Assembly (NCBI RefSeq): GCF_001186125.1
Contig: NW_014040001.1
Coordinates: 1-60,230, forward strand
Direction of reading: 5' to 3'
DNA from: Sphaeroforma arctica JP610
Lineage: Eukaryota
DNA length: 60,230 nt
Made by a program: the position numbers and the translations under genes. Of this stretch, positions 11,778 to 25,315 are shown one piece after another. The notes beneath the pieces were generated by a model. That model was given only the letters and a program-made list of their open reading frames with translations. It was not told where the DNA came from and searched no databases. The stretch's first letter is position 1; the number at the start of each line of letters is the position of its first letter.

Positions 11778-11930
11778 TTACATTATTAATTGTTACTTGG
11801 TTTTGACCACATTTTTAAGTGACCGAACTACTGTATTTATTACATTATGTTCCTCACAGATTAAGCTAACTTAAATTAACTAGTTATGTAACTTTTTGTT
11901 ACACGATAAATGAAGTTACTACGTGAGCAA
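11778..11930 (-). repeat. Dispersed repeat B, copy 2 (inverted)
   Basis: Reverse complement of 290-450. Ends GTTACTACGTGAGCAA. Confidence 0.85.
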
Positions 11931-14349
11931 GAAAGCCTGTGTTCGATTGTTGATACAACTACTTGGAATCCATCCGCAGTCGCCATTGCACACTGATGAG
12001 GTGGCGACACAATTTTCCTCTGATTCAATACCGGATGAAATACCAAAGCAGAGGTTTAACCTACGCTAGATCATTTGATTTTCTGAAACTCAACAATCGA
12101 TTTCCACGTTGGATAAGACCATACAGCATATGAAAAAAACTATCGAGCCGAGCGACAACTTAGCGCTGATGACACATGTGCAAAAGAAGGATAATTTGCT
12201 ATTTCGGCTACTAAGTAAAAAATTCCGGAATTTTTTTCTTATATGGGTTGACTCGTCGTAAGGCAATGATACAGTCTGGAACGGATACGGACCATACGAT
12301 TGAAAGGGACTCACGACAAATTTTGTCAGGTGCCGACCAGATTCTACAAGTTCTGAACTTACCAGATATACGCATGGGACAACTTCATATTCTTGTCCAT
12401 CTAGGGCTAAACCAGTCATCACTGTACACGAGCACAGCTCATGGATATGATTAATTCAGTTAAAATATATACTGGTGGCTAAAGGGAAACACTACAAGCG
12501 AGTATTGGGCAGAACTGATGCAGAGCTGACTTGTAATTTTAGGACGACATTTGTCGACAGTATAAAAAGTTCAAGTGTACACGAATATAAAATTTGTCGA
12601 AGGTAGAAGTGAATACGTGGACACATATTCAGCCTGTCGACGGTGACAATGATTGCTTGGACACCAACAGAGATTTACAAGGAGACTATATTACTAAGGT
12701 TGGGGGCAGGCTTTGATGTAAATTTTCCAAGGTCGTCAATAACCAACGTCATCACAACTCAGGGATATTCTACGCATACGGCGGACACTAACAAAAGGTT
12801 CCGACTATGATACTTCCGATCCAGGCCAGCCAACACATACCGAATTCATCCGTGGTCTGGTGCGGTATTGGCTTACCCCCATCCTCGCTTCTCGACCGGA
12901 TTATGACGGATAATCTGGTCCTTCTCGGTATTTCGTACTCTGCACTAACCCATTCCGCGGTACTACATGGCACAGACCCGATCCGTACCACAGAGGTGGG
13001 TACTCTACCTAGTAGGTCAGCAAGCAAACAGGTTTTGTCAACACCGGCCCGAATTGACTCAGTACATATCTTCCATTGTCGACTCACTTTGCCCAAGCTC
13101 CAAACGGGAATTTACTGACCACTTCTTCCCATCAATCTTTCCTGAACCACTACAGCGACTATGAGAGCCATACCATATGTTCATACATTGTATCATACAT
13201 ACTTGCCATTTTTGAAATAAAAAAAATTATCCCTAACAAAAAGTCCTTAGAACAGAATTGGGAATAATCACGAATTTTTCATACTTATGTGACATGACGC
13301 GACGGTACCTCGACTGGCGGCGGGATAGAGACTGGCGGTGACGTATAAGCTCTTTACATGATGTTGACGTCAAAACAAGAGTACAAATCCGTTTTGGGTG
13401 TCAGAGAGGTGACACAGACGATAAGATATGAAGACATACACTATGAGGTTGTGTGTATTACAATGCATAACATGGTGCTAGGGACATCAATCAGTTGCAA
13501 TCGAAAACTTTGCTGTTTTGAGCACAACAGAACTTTGTCCACAGTCAGCTTTCTGGTACTGTCTGCTGTGTGCATTGTATATCCCTGAGTTGCGATACAG
13601 ACCTACCGATGTACTTGTAAATTCACGTAAAATGCCTCCAACTTCAATACCAGAAATGTTTGTGTTCTTGATATAAAAATCTCTATTGGTGTACTAGCAA
13701 GTACACCTTCGATAAGTTGTAGTTCCGCTTAATTTGAGTCCTTTACAAAAAAAAATCTTTGTTAGTTCTACACAGTATTAGTTAGTAATGCTGCCCTTAG
13801 TCACCCGCATCTGTTTAAGCTACAAGTATCACGTCCATGAGCTCCCATACGCACAATGATGGCTGGCTCAGCCCCGGACGGTCAAATTTAGGAAGTTGTA
13901 CCGTTCGTATAGTTTTTAGATTTGGAACTTAAAGATTTCGTTTGACGCCTGAAAATATTTATTGATCGTCTATCAATCGCATAGTCCACATCAATGCAGA
14001 CTGTTGTGCCATTGCCTTGAGATGAGTCAACCCGTTCTATTTAAAATTCCCGACATTTTCGAATTAGTAGCCGAATTAGCAGAATAACCTCCTTAGCGCT
14101 TTTGCACATGTATTAGTATCCCTAATTTGTTGCTCCGCTTAATAACCCCTTCTGACAATATGCTGTATGACCTTATCCAACGTAGAAATAAATTGATGAG
14201 TCTCATATTTCAAAATTGTCTAGCGTAGCATGGACCTCTGCCTTGGTTTGTCCATCCGGTATCAAATCAGAAGAAAATCATGTCGCGATCTCATCAGTAC
14301 GCAATGGCGATTGCCGGTGAATTCAGAACAGTTCAATAATCGACACTTT

Positions 14350-14512
14350 TTGCTCACGTAGTAATTTTTTTCATCGTGGTAACAAAAATATAAACCACAT
14401 TTTAGGTAGTTTAGCTTGTAAAGAAGGTAGTGTAATAAATGCAGTAGGTCGGTCACTAAAAAATGTGGTCAAAATCGAGTAACACTATGCAAGAGTGTTA
14501 AGTCTCAAATAA
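14350..14512 (+). repeat. Dispersed repeat B, copy 3 (more diverged)
   Basis: TTGCTCACGTAGTAA...GGTCACTAAAAAATGTGGTCAAAA...TGTTAAGTCTCAAATAAG. Confidence 0.8.
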
Positions 14513-14579
14513 GGGTTTTAGGGTTTTTGGGGTTCATGTTGCGTATGTGGCATATGACATTAGTACAAAGACAGCATAT

Positions 14580-14805
14580 GAACGATGTTAAGCATATCTG
14601 GCGGTGTGCGAGGATGGTAGACATTATTGGCGGTGTACGAGAATGTTAGGCATAATTGGTGGCGTACAAGAATGCTAGGCATAATTGGCTGTGTACGAGA
14701 ATGCTAGGCATATCGGCGGTGTATGATAATGTTAGGTTTAACGGCGGGAGTCTTAGTTGTAGGCATGACAGCGGTGTACGAGAATGCTAGGCGTAGTGGC
14801 GGGGG
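14580..14805. repeat. Minisatellite, ~28-29-bp unit (GAATGYTAGGCATAATTGGCGGTGTACGA), about 8 degenerate copies
   Basis: Repeating GAATGCTAGGC...GGTGTACGA units seen directly. Confidence 0.85.
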
Positions 14806-16046
14806 TCTAAAAGACCTCTAGAGAAAAAGGACAAAACGAATCAGAAAAGCGGAAAGTGGGAAGTTCAACCCGATTGTTTACCCATTTTCAAGGCAACAAT
14901 ATTTGAAATACATGATATTTGAGATTATTTCTATCTAATTTCTCCAGTTTTCAGGGCCCTGTAGGTATTCGCCTATTGAAAATTGAGTCAAATTTTTCCT
15001 TGTATTTGGCAGCGGGGGTTTTTTTTGCACCTCATAAAAATAGTTATAAATAGTTAAATACATATCTCATATCTCACAATAGATATACATACAACATTTT
15101 AATACATACAACATTTTAATACACACAACACGCCAACAACAACATAAATAAATACATACATACAAATTAATATTATACTACTCAAAAAAAGCCCTCTCTT
15201 GTATAATTTAGAGGGCCATGATTATCGATTTACTCCCCTGCCCCTGTTGGTATTTTTACGAAAAGTTCGAATCTCGTGGAAAGGGAAGAAAAAAATCGAT
15301 GGCCGTCGAGGACGGGTCACGAAGACTTGACTGAGTGGACACTTGACTCCCCTGGGGCCCTGCGTCCCTGACTCGACTTTCGAGTTTCGACCGACCCCCC
15401 AGTCCCCAAGTCCTAGTCCCAGATGGCAGATAAGCAGAGTGCAGATATTCGAAAAATAAAAATAGCCCCCTGAAGTCCTGAAGATGTAGGCGGCCCTAAA
15501 AACTGGTGAAAATTAGATGAAAACGGTCCGAAACGAACAGAAATGGCCGACGGCTGTCCCGAATCCGTGTCAAATGGCAGTAAAACAATTTAACTGACTA
15601 AAATAAATAGTAAATACGTTGCTAGTGCTCCTGTAGAACATACTAAATACCTAGTCCCCGGAGTTCCCTTGCAAAATGGATTCGCCCCCGGACAAAATCG
15701 TTTCGAGACAATTCCACTGATTCCAGATCCAGAGAGGGCGAGGCCGCATTTTTTAAACTCTAAAACCCGATTTGGGAATTTTGAAATTTACACATTTTCT
15801 TTTACTCTACACTCTACTGTAGGAGAGTGACCAAAAAACATAGTCAGACTCTCTGTATATATTTTAGTAGACTTTAGAGAGTTTCTATAAATCTATTTGC
15901 CCCCCCCCCCCCCCCCTGCTGGGTAAAACAAACTTGTAAATAAAATATAAGAAAAGAACAATTACGTCTGGTGGTGCAATATCAAGCTGCTTCCTAAACA
16001 CATCTATAGAAGAAAGCAGTATTTTCATATAGCAGAATTTGTCAAT

Positions 16047-16341
16047 ATGGGTGCAGAACAGAGTACACATAAGATTCCCGCCACCATGAAGAAGATGTTT
16101 CTGGTGGAATCCAACCCAGGTATGTCCAGGTTGGACGTCAACACAAAGCGATGTAAATTTCGAATTGGTTCGCGGGCTAGCGCCAATATTGTTTGACAGT
16201 AGCGCACATTGTCGTTAGAATACTACTCATATTGTTGATTGGCTCCATACAGACTACAAAAAAGTCAAACTCGAAGTCCGTACGGTCGATGTTCCCATCT
16301 TGAAGGACGGCGAAGTACTCGTTAAGATGGTCGCCGCACCG
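16047..16341 (+). CDS. MDR-family (quinone/enoyl reductase-like) oxidoreductase, exons 1-2 only (16047-16119, 16253-16341)
   Basis: MGAEQSTHKIPATMKKMFLVESNP/DYKKVKLEVRTVDVPILKDGEVLVKMVAAP with GTATGT and GTACGT donors and matching phases. GEVLVKMVAAP is the GroES-like N-terminus of MDRs. Confidence 0.85.
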
Positions 16342-16555
16342 GTACGTGTTTTTGAAATTCTCTAGCATTGATACCTTATCAAAGAGTACTACCGCTAATA
16401 AGCTGCATTTAGACGGCATGGTATATATTTTCATACTGTTATATGGCTTGTATACAAAGGTGCGATTACGACAGCACTTTATCACCTCCTGTCCTTTACA
16501 GTTCGACATACACATAAAAACGATTTCCAGCTTGCAGGTACACTATTGTCTCACA

Positions 16556-16613
16556 GGTGTGCGTGTGTGTGTGTATGTGTGTGTGTGTGTGTGTACCCAC
16601 CCACCCACCCACC

Positions 16614-16644
<31 letters not shown>
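16556..16644. repeat. (GT)n/(CCCA)n/(CA)n microsatellite abutting a 20-N gap
   Basis: Seen directly. Confidence 0.95.
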
Positions 16645-16853
16645 NNNNNNNNNNNNNNNNNNNNGCATATTCTATACGTATTGATGAGTTTATATTTGTG
16701 CACGCTGATGTGACGAGTACTGCATATATGCTTTTGCCTTCAGTAGCAACCTTACGTTAGTCTCTGTGCGATGTGGGCAGGCCAGTGCGGGACCAACAAT
16801 TGGGCAAGCACCCTATCTATTTGGGCTTTTGTCAACCATGTTTATTCACGTAC

Positions 16854-17035
16854 GTTCCCTGCATACAGTCGTAGAGATGTATAGTCATATCATCCGTAGC
16901 AGACACCAATTGGGATCCGTCTTGTGAGAAGTCCATTGAATTGAAAGTAGTCTCCGTGTGGTGTTTGAAGACCTTGCCAATCTGGAGAGACTGCAGAACC
17001 GCATCTGAGTACTGATCAGGAGCCATGTACGGCAT
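16854..17035 (-). CDS. WDR82: WD40 protein WDR82/Swd2 (COMPASS subunit), exon 1 only
   Basis: MPYMAPDQYSDAVLQSLQIGKVFKHHTETTFNSMDFSQDGSQLVSATDDMTIHLYDCMQG followed by a GTACGT donor. Matches the Swd2/WDR82 N-terminus. No downstream exons found beyond the 16645 gap. Confidence 0.8.
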
Positions 17036-17810
17036 CTTTGCGCAACTAAGATTAAAGAAGGGCGGGCCACTAATGAAAAATACCTTCGCAACCTGCGATT
17101 GCTGCAATGCTATGCTTTAGCAACCTGTGAAGCAGCTAAAAAGTACGGTTTCACGGGGGCACTTTACATATCATGAATTCATGATATACTACAAGGTCCA
17201 AGGTCCTAACCTTGAACCTTATTAAATGCAGGTCAACCCTAAAACCTTAAATCCCATACCATGATACCGGTAATACGTAACAGTGTATAACTTGAAAACG
17301 TTTATTCTTTTAACGAGGTCTGGAGTCCTGGACACTGGAGGCTGGTAGGAGGCCATGGAATAAATATGGACTTCCATAGCCTACACCAATTTTGCGTGTT
17401 GAAATACCTACAGTAAAATATTTCGAGAAAACCCTGTTCAAATTTCTATTTATATCCTCGTTCATTTCGTTTTTTTTTTGGAAATAGGTATGACCTAATA
17501 ATTTTAAAAATAAATCAGACGTGTTCCATTTTAAGGAAGGACCTTTTGATATTTTTAGGTGTCGGGTGGTCAGTAATAGTGTGACCTGGAATTGGGACTG
17601 ACGAGGGTTTATTGTCCCAGTCCCAGCTCCGTGTACTCTACTCAGAGAGAGGGATGTGCTTTACTGAATTGAGCAATGAACACTGAACAAAAATATTCCC
17701 GTTGTTGTGTGCTAAACACACAGGGTGTTTTATAAGTTTAGTAGATTAGACAGCATCCCCTTCGCATACACGTTTAGAACAGTATAGCTGCCATCTCGTG
17801 AAGTAGAAAT

Positions 17811-20285
17811 ATGAACGCACTTGTCGCCTTCAGGGCTTTGGCCCCCGTTATGAGCTCGTCCATGCGAACCGCTGCAGGTTTGTTTGTTTTTATATATTTT
17901 ATGAAGTGCTGAATGTAATTTACTGGAGTGGGTTGTGGGTTACTCCCGGGGCTTGTTGCGCTATACTGTTGTCAGGTCGCATGCTTTATATATTCTACAT
18001 TTTCATATCATAAAAATATATCATAAAGCAAAGTAAGTGCCAGAAGGGTCGTCTAGGAGTGAAGATGTTCAATACTAAAGTAGCATCTTCTGGTATTGTG
18101 CTGGCATGCGACACGGTCCCCCGGTGTCTATGTGCCCTGGAAGTGCTTCTATTATATGTATATGTGTATGTACATGTATTTAGACACTTGGCTTCGCTTT
18201 ATCCTGTATATTTTCATCCATATTCGATGTACGCCTGCAAATGACATCTTTCTTGCTATGTGGCACTTTCTACCTGTAGCCACTCAGATCAATCATTGAG
18301 TTTCCACCGTGAGTATGACACTATTCTCGAAGGGCTCATATGAACCGTTGACTACGTATATGAGGACTTTGACTTTATTCTTCAATACTTATTTAAGTTT
18401 GATTTTGTTGAACTCAAAATCCCCTGGATCTAAGCGTGCATATACACGCTTACACCATCATATGCGTCTGCAGGATATTTAGGATACCACGGTTTTGTCT
18501 CCTTAAATATCTATATATATAGGAGTGTGTGTGTCTCTGTGTATGTGTATGTAAATATAAATCCAAGTATATAAAACTTGGACATAAATATATGCACGAG
18601 GGATTGTATGTATGTGAGCATGAATGTGTTTATATGTGTTTGTATATATATCTGTGTGTTGGTGTATATTGTGTTACTATAGGAATAGGAACAGCACTAT
18701 CTGTATATGATTTGATTTTCAGCTACCAGTATACAGAAATATGGGTCTTATTACGCATGTATGTAAAACGAACGTACACAGTGGTTGTACATGTGCGCAA
18801 TCATGTTCTCAATCCTTTTAGAGCGAAATTAAATCAAGTCACAAGCTCATACACGCATATATAGTTCGAGATGCATATTTGGAATACATACATGTACATG
18901 CCTAATTGTGGTGTGCACACATTTAGGGTTTATTCATAGATTCAGTGTGTGTGTTTGTATGTATATTTATAAATGTGCTTAAGCATGTGGTGTCATGTTG
19001 GTAGTTTGTTTTGTGTACTTATTTTTATATCTATATCCATATATGTGGATCTGAATGTGTTGTACTCGTACATTACTCTATATACGATGAGTGTTATGTT
19101 GTATGTTGTAGAAATCGCGAGAATATTTAAGCAATTATACACATTTACTAAACTTGTATATCAGGAAAAGCTGTACCTTTATGATATACATTTTTTGGCG
19201 CTTGCAGACAAGTTCGATTATAAATCGATTCAGTGACTTGGTGCGAACTCAATTTCAACTAAACTGTGATACTAATGGTTTCCGACCAAGCTTGATGCGA
19301 TTCAGCGTTCTCATATGTGCAATCATCTCATTATTCAATTCATTTCAGGACCCTCAGTGGTTGTTGCGAAGCGCTTCGCCCATCACGAAGAATATGGAGA
19401 TGCGTGGAACAAGAAGTGGGTTCAGTTCTTCGAGGCCGAGAATATCAGAAAGAAGGTATCGTTTGATGCGTGGGTTCTGTGGCTTTCTATGATTTTGTTT
19501 ACTGAAATGTACCGAATAGTTTTAGATATCAACTATACTGTGACTTGTTGCTCGCTTTTTGCCTTAGTACTTGCTATGCAATCTGTACGACGATGCTTGA
19601 TGTGTTCACAAATTCAGCAAATTTTTTATTTTGTTAGGTCGAAATCAGAATGTGATATTTGTGTGAATATATCTTCACTTTATAATTACGAACACAGGTC
19701 TTACACCGTGGATTGAACGATGTGTTCGCACACGATTTGGTACCTGAGGTCGAGATTCTGGTGGCTGCTATCGAGGCTTCCCGTCGTGTCAACTCCTTCG
19801 GAACATCTGTCCGTATCATGGAGGGTCTTCGAGAGAAGGTATAGAGCGTCAAGTTGTGTCGATTGTCGTTGTAACCTGTGTCGTTCTTATCATGTATGAC
19901 ACCATGAGTGCTGTTTTGAGTTTCTATGCAAGTTGCCTCACACGTCTCTGATAAAATATGATGGATTTTCCGCAAGCAGGCTTCCACCACGTGTGTGTTG
20001 TAGTACAGTTGGTGTGTCCAAACTGATATATCGTTACGGCTAAAGTTTGTAGGTATGTATTCATGCATAGTCGAGGCTTCGCGAGATATTGATCTCAAAC
20101 AAATATAAATTACCAAACTTTCGCCGCTCGTGGATTGAGAACTCCTCAGTACAGATAATTAACGAACCTTATCACGCCCTTGATAGGTCGCTACCCAGGC
20201 CGATTACGATTACATGATCGAGCAACTTCGACCCACCCTAGACAAGAACGGAGTCTCCACACCCGAAGAACTTGGTTTCCAGTAG
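17811..20285 (+). CDS. COX5A: Cytochrome c oxidase subunit Va (exons 17811-17877, 19349-19455, 19698-19838, 20187-20285)
   Basis: Mitochondrial-type presequence, then RGLNDVFAHDLVPEVEILVAAIEASRRVNSFGTSVRIMEGLREK and LRPTLDKNGVSTPEELG. Phases are consistent. Confidence 0.93.
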
Positions 20286-21910
20286 ACGGTTATCTGACAG
20301 TCGTTTATGCTACCGGTATCGATGGCAGATTTTCCCGATCTGTTGCTGCCGAGTACTGGTAGAAGTAGTTAGGTCGTACGGGACACAATAAAGAGTTGAC
20401 ATGAAAATATGACGATAACACTTGCTTCAGAATTACTGTGGGAACCTGTTGTAGAGCTTTCGACTCAATTCTTAGTCAAACCAGCCAGACTTGGCGTAAA
20501 ATCGGCTGCCCAAATGATGCAAAACTTATCATAATAGATCTGTTCGACAAGATGTCGCGTGGTAGCAGGTCAGCACTGATGGCACCTCGCAAGCACAGTG
20601 GTGTTGTTTGTTGTACCTGGATCGCACGATATGGCTGTGGGAGCTACGTCGGCTTCATATATATATCAGACCCGGTATTGACCTTACTGGTGAAGCGAGC
20701 GAAAGAACGCAAATAGGGTCAGATCCAGATATGGGACGTTCACCAGCTGTGATATCCAGAAATTTAAGGATGTAACTAGATAGTAGTGATTGTAGGTCGA
20801 ACCCTCGGCATCCTTTATTTATAATCATCGGCTATGGCCGCCGTATTAGTAAATGTTCGATATAGTGATACGTTAAGTCGGTTATAGTTAAGCGGAACAA
20901 AAAGATAGTAAACTTGCCAGTCTCATCAAGTCAGTGGAATTCGTATTTTCCATCTATTACTTCCGTCACTTGCGCAGGCATTGGAGACGAATGTGTTATG
21001 GGACACCCATACGACAGTTGTCGGTTGGTGAAAGACTATCGCGCCGCATTTGTAGCATACATGAGTGTCTCGAATTGGTCAGAATAGCGGAGCCTGTCTA
21101 GAAATACTCGATGGTAGTAGAATGAGAACACAAGATTGGGTTGGTGGATGTAAGGCCACAACTGCATGCCTATTTAATGATTTTATCGTTGCGTTAAATC
21201 CTTAGCGATGAGGAGTGTCCTACACTTTTCCAGGACGGTGTATAGGGAACACACGATTTGGTTAGCGGTCATACCGTCACATCTGTAATGCTAATTATAT
21301 GACTACAACAATTTGTTGCTGTGTGATAATGTTCAACAATACTGAGTGTACTACACTTAGCCATACTAGCAGAGCCTTTGAAGCGATACTTACAATAATA
21401 GAAGATGCAAAGGGAACAGCTTATGCGCCGACTGAGAAAGAAATGCACAGCGAAAAGGTGCATTGGGAAACGCTTGTTTTCTCTTCCACTCGCGGAGTGT
21501 GCAACACTTGCCTTATATTAAGCTCCTGAGAAAAGAGACCTCGCAAGCCAATAATGAGGACAAGCTGGCACGTAAAATTCAGCACTTGCTATTAAACGTG
21601 TAGCAAATGAAACTTGGCATTGAGATGAATACATTTGCATAAGCGTTCATGATATCGTATTAAACGCTAGAGAACACGAACTGCATTTTGGCAAGCGTAG
21701 CTTGCTTCAGATGCTATTGCTATACCGCATGGCACAGTATGATTCATAAAGAGACAGGAATGTACAGTATCGAGATTTATAGCTTTCCAATTAGGCTGAA
21801 TTATATATTAGAAGACCCTTCTAGCGACCGTAATATTCTTTACAAGGATTACCAGGACGACTTCATTAGCGCTGGGGATAAGACACAACACGAGAGATCC
21901 TCCGAATTAA

Positions 21911-24479
21911 TCACCTGTTGTCTTCCATCACAACGAACTCCGACGGAAGGCCGTTACCTGTGAATTGAAAGATATAATCCAACCGTTTTTAGTACATTTG
22001 AAATCGTGATAGTAAAGCGATAAAGCAAGAATACCAAGTCATAACTATCGAAATATGCCTGACTGATTCACAACCTAGGTCAAACATAAAGTGCACTATG
22101 ATCAGGGTTTAAAACTGATACGCTTCCTTTTTCTCTCGAAATGAGTGCAATCTACAATATCAGAAAAGCATAAATACACAATACATATTCATGGTATGCA
22201 TACGGGATTATGCATATCTGCAAAAGTGATGGTTTTGCAAACACCTAGAAGAATTTATAAGATGAAAATATTTGGTCTATGACGATGTAAAATAAGTCTG
22301 ATTAGCAGAGAAGTCATATGCGCTTTTGTATATTCAGGTTTATACATATGCGTATCTATCTATGAGTAAACAATGTTCATTGACCATGTAACGTGAAACA
22401 TGTACACATGTACACATCATCAACCCCATTGCTATAGTTCGATTAGATACATCGGTAGCATGAACACACCTGGAATTTCGATCATTAAGTATCGCCACTC
22501 GAATCCAGTGCGGCCTTTTTTCTTCACCTCCAGATGCACGGTGCCTTCATTGCGCTCGCCCTCCACATAGAAGCGCATTCGCAGGTATACCTCACCTTCT
22601 ACCTCATACTCTTGAGAACTGAATAGTGAGTGAAGAAGAGAACCAACGTGTTGAGTTCAGATATACATCGAATTCTTAAGCGATTAAAAGGACTATATGA
22701 ATCGTCAAGGGAGTACAGAGCAGTATAAGGAACCCGCGAGCAGTAGCTATAAGAGGGTACCTGAGTGTATATAATCGAATTCGTCTTGTGGCTTGGTGTC
22801 GACAAGAAATACAATAAACGTGCGTATAAAAGCTCGCAAGGAAAAAAACGTTGACCACTTACGTCAAGTGGCGCCGGCGACCCCGGCGAGTTTCCTCTCC
22901 ATAAGCCTTGATGCTGTCTCCAAGTAGGGTTTTTGCCTGTACAAGCAGGTTGTGTACAATTTAAAATAATGAAACCGCCAAAACTACAACTTAAGTGAGA
23001 TCACAACTGAATGCTACACAGTCAATATTATACATAGCAAACCGAAATGCTCTCGAATTCAGGGTGAGTAGGGCACGCATATTGCTAATAATGCATCAGT
23101 GCCCTATTATAGCCATAAACCAGTAAACAGCAACCTCAAACGATCGCATTAGACCACGGAAGTCCAGTGTAACAATGCCACCAAATAATATAGCATCAGT
23201 ACACACCCATTGTGATACAATAGCAAAAATGTATGATGGGATAATCGCGTGTATAAAAATACGCACGCACTGTGCATCAAAACATACCCTCTCGTCCGCT
23301 CGGATACGCTTAACAGAAGTGGAATACAAGGCGTTGGGCGTTGAGCCGCCGAATAACTCGCCAAACACACTGTACGCGAAGACACCTGTTAAAGAGAGGT
23401 ATTAGAGACGAAATTGCGCATAAGCATCAATACTAGAATGAGGCATCAGAGAAATTCAATCTAATCGGCTTCAACAACAACAAAAATAGGACACTGGTAC
23501 GATTTAAAGGTTCATGTTCGAAATGTGAATTCAGAGGTAGGCAAAAGACATGACTTACCCGTGAGCCCAACACCAAATATGATGACACCCAGATATGTCA
23601 GATCCCTTCCGGCTTCAACAACTACAAGTCGAAATGAAAAGGAAGCGGTATTGTGATTAATAAGAATTTCCAAAAAATAACATAGTTGTCGACCAAAATG
23701 TATGTATGGTACTGTTTGTTTGTACAGCTGTCTGTGAGACGATGTGGGTCATAGTTACAACAATGGCTTCGAAGTAGCCACGATGCACACCCAACGAACA
23801 CAGCAACTAGTGAGTATGGTACATTTTCACTGGTATAATTGACTAGTAGTAAGGAAAAATGGTAGCCGCTTCGGCCAACTGAAAAATGTGTTGTATGAAC
23901 TAGTCCCTCACTACAATTACGAGCAGGTGTTGCCTTGCTGTGCTTAGTGTCAACAAGAGTCGAGGTACGTGAGAGAAGTGGGCTTAGAATAACCATTTAT
24001 TAAAAGAAACGAAGCCTTAGTGAAGGCAAGATCACAGACCAGCCGACTGCTATGGTCCCTCTACCAAATAGCAAACGAGCAGAATTTGGGTTAAAGTAAG
24101 AAATGAAAACAAGTGTTAAACTAAATGTCACAATGAAATATATATAAAACAAGCCTAAAACTCTAAAAGTACTTCTATCTGCATGACATGCAAGAAATTA
24201 AATACGAAAATGACCACGTACGGCTATTTGTGCGACACACAAGAAAACGTACCAGAAAACTATATACATATTTCTAGCTGCATGACATGGTAACCTAGAC
24301 CGAGACACGACACTTTCATTTGAACATATATGTTCAGTACGCTACATATACAAAAGAAAAAGAAGATATATGCATAAATGCAAATATGCATATATCTATA
24401 TCTATATCTATATCTATATCTATATCTATATCTATATCTATATCTATATCTTTATATATATATAAATATATATTTATAT

Positions 24480-24531
<52 letters not shown>

Positions 24532-25315
24532 TATATATTATTATTTATTTAATNNNNNNNNNNNNNNNNNNNNNNNNNNNNNNNNNNNNNNNNNNNNNNN
24601 NNNNNNNNNNNNNNNNNNNNNNNNNNNNNNNNTATTTATATGTATAGTTATGCATGTATATATATATACATACACACATACATATTTATATATATATATA
24701 TATATAGATATACGTATGTGTGTGCGTGTTTATGTATGTATATTATATATATATATATTTACGTGTGTGTGTGATTTTATGTGTGTGCGTGTGTCAGTGT
24801 GTTCATGTATAGTGTATGTGTGTGTGCACGTGCGTTTGTGTGTGTGTGCTCGTATGCGTGTATGTATGTGTACCTGTGTGCGGGTGTGTGTGTATGACAC
24901 ATATTCTAACGCATGTTATACACCCAAACGCAAAGTGCATCTATTAAATCTTATCCATATTGTGTTTGTCTCATAAAGTGTTTCCATAACGAACCTAGCG
25001 TCGAACATATTGTTAAATATGCATACCTTTGCGAGCAGTGGTGATCTCGCCAGCAGCCCTGTTTTTGTAGTCCATCATCTCTCTTGTCTTTGGTTGCTCT
25101 TTACCTTTGGCTTTTGCGCCTGACTTCTCAGCCGACATGATTTTATTATTGGAGTGGAAGCATCGTCGGGCTTGTGCGCGTAGTTTAACGCCGTGCTTGA
25201 GCGCAAGTGCTGTTACATTTGAAGTCGTTGTGGTGCTAAATGCTCTGTACGCAAGTGGGTTTAGCGCAACACTGGAGAGTGCTGGAAAGGTACGCGTGCG
25301 TAGAAGATTCAGCAT
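21911..25315 (-). CDS. TIMM21: Mitochondrial translocase subunit Tim21 (exons 25315-25027, 23621-23559, 23385-23288, 22936-22863, 22618-22470, 21957-21911)
   Basis: VVEAGRDLTYLGVIIFGVGLTG, ELFGGSTPNALY, LGDSIKAYGEETRRGRRRH, MRFYVEG...GTVHLEV and a terminal EDNR. Presequence in exon 1. Phases are consistent. Confidence 0.92.
24385..24900. repeat. Intronic microsatellite tract: (TATATC)n, (TA)n, (TG)n, with an N gap
   Basis: Seen directly. Confidence 0.95.

Noticed and set aside
11940..14340. Possible further retroelement or transposase relics
   Set aside because: No motif was strong enough for me to assign a family.
14510..14535. Telomere-like AGGGTTTTAGGGTTTTTGGGG
   Set aside because: Only two or three imperfect units.
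14580..14805. CRISPR-like array (29-bp repeats)
   Set aside because: Units are contiguous without unique spacers, the context is eukaryotic, and there are no cas genes.
18280..18308. Candidate microexon in COX5A intron 1 (TAG|...|GTGAGT)
   Set aside because: It introduces a TGA in the required phase, and exon 1 splices in frame directly to 19349.
24320..24976. Long ORFs over TA/TG microsatellites and N gaps (also 10649-11566, 30977-31750, 41990-42874, 48146-49258)
   Set aside because: Artefacts of stop-free simple repeats or Ns.
17811..25315. COX5A-TIM21 adjacency as a respiratory gene cluster
   Set aside because: Two convergent housekeeping genes, compatible with chance in the absence of synteny data.
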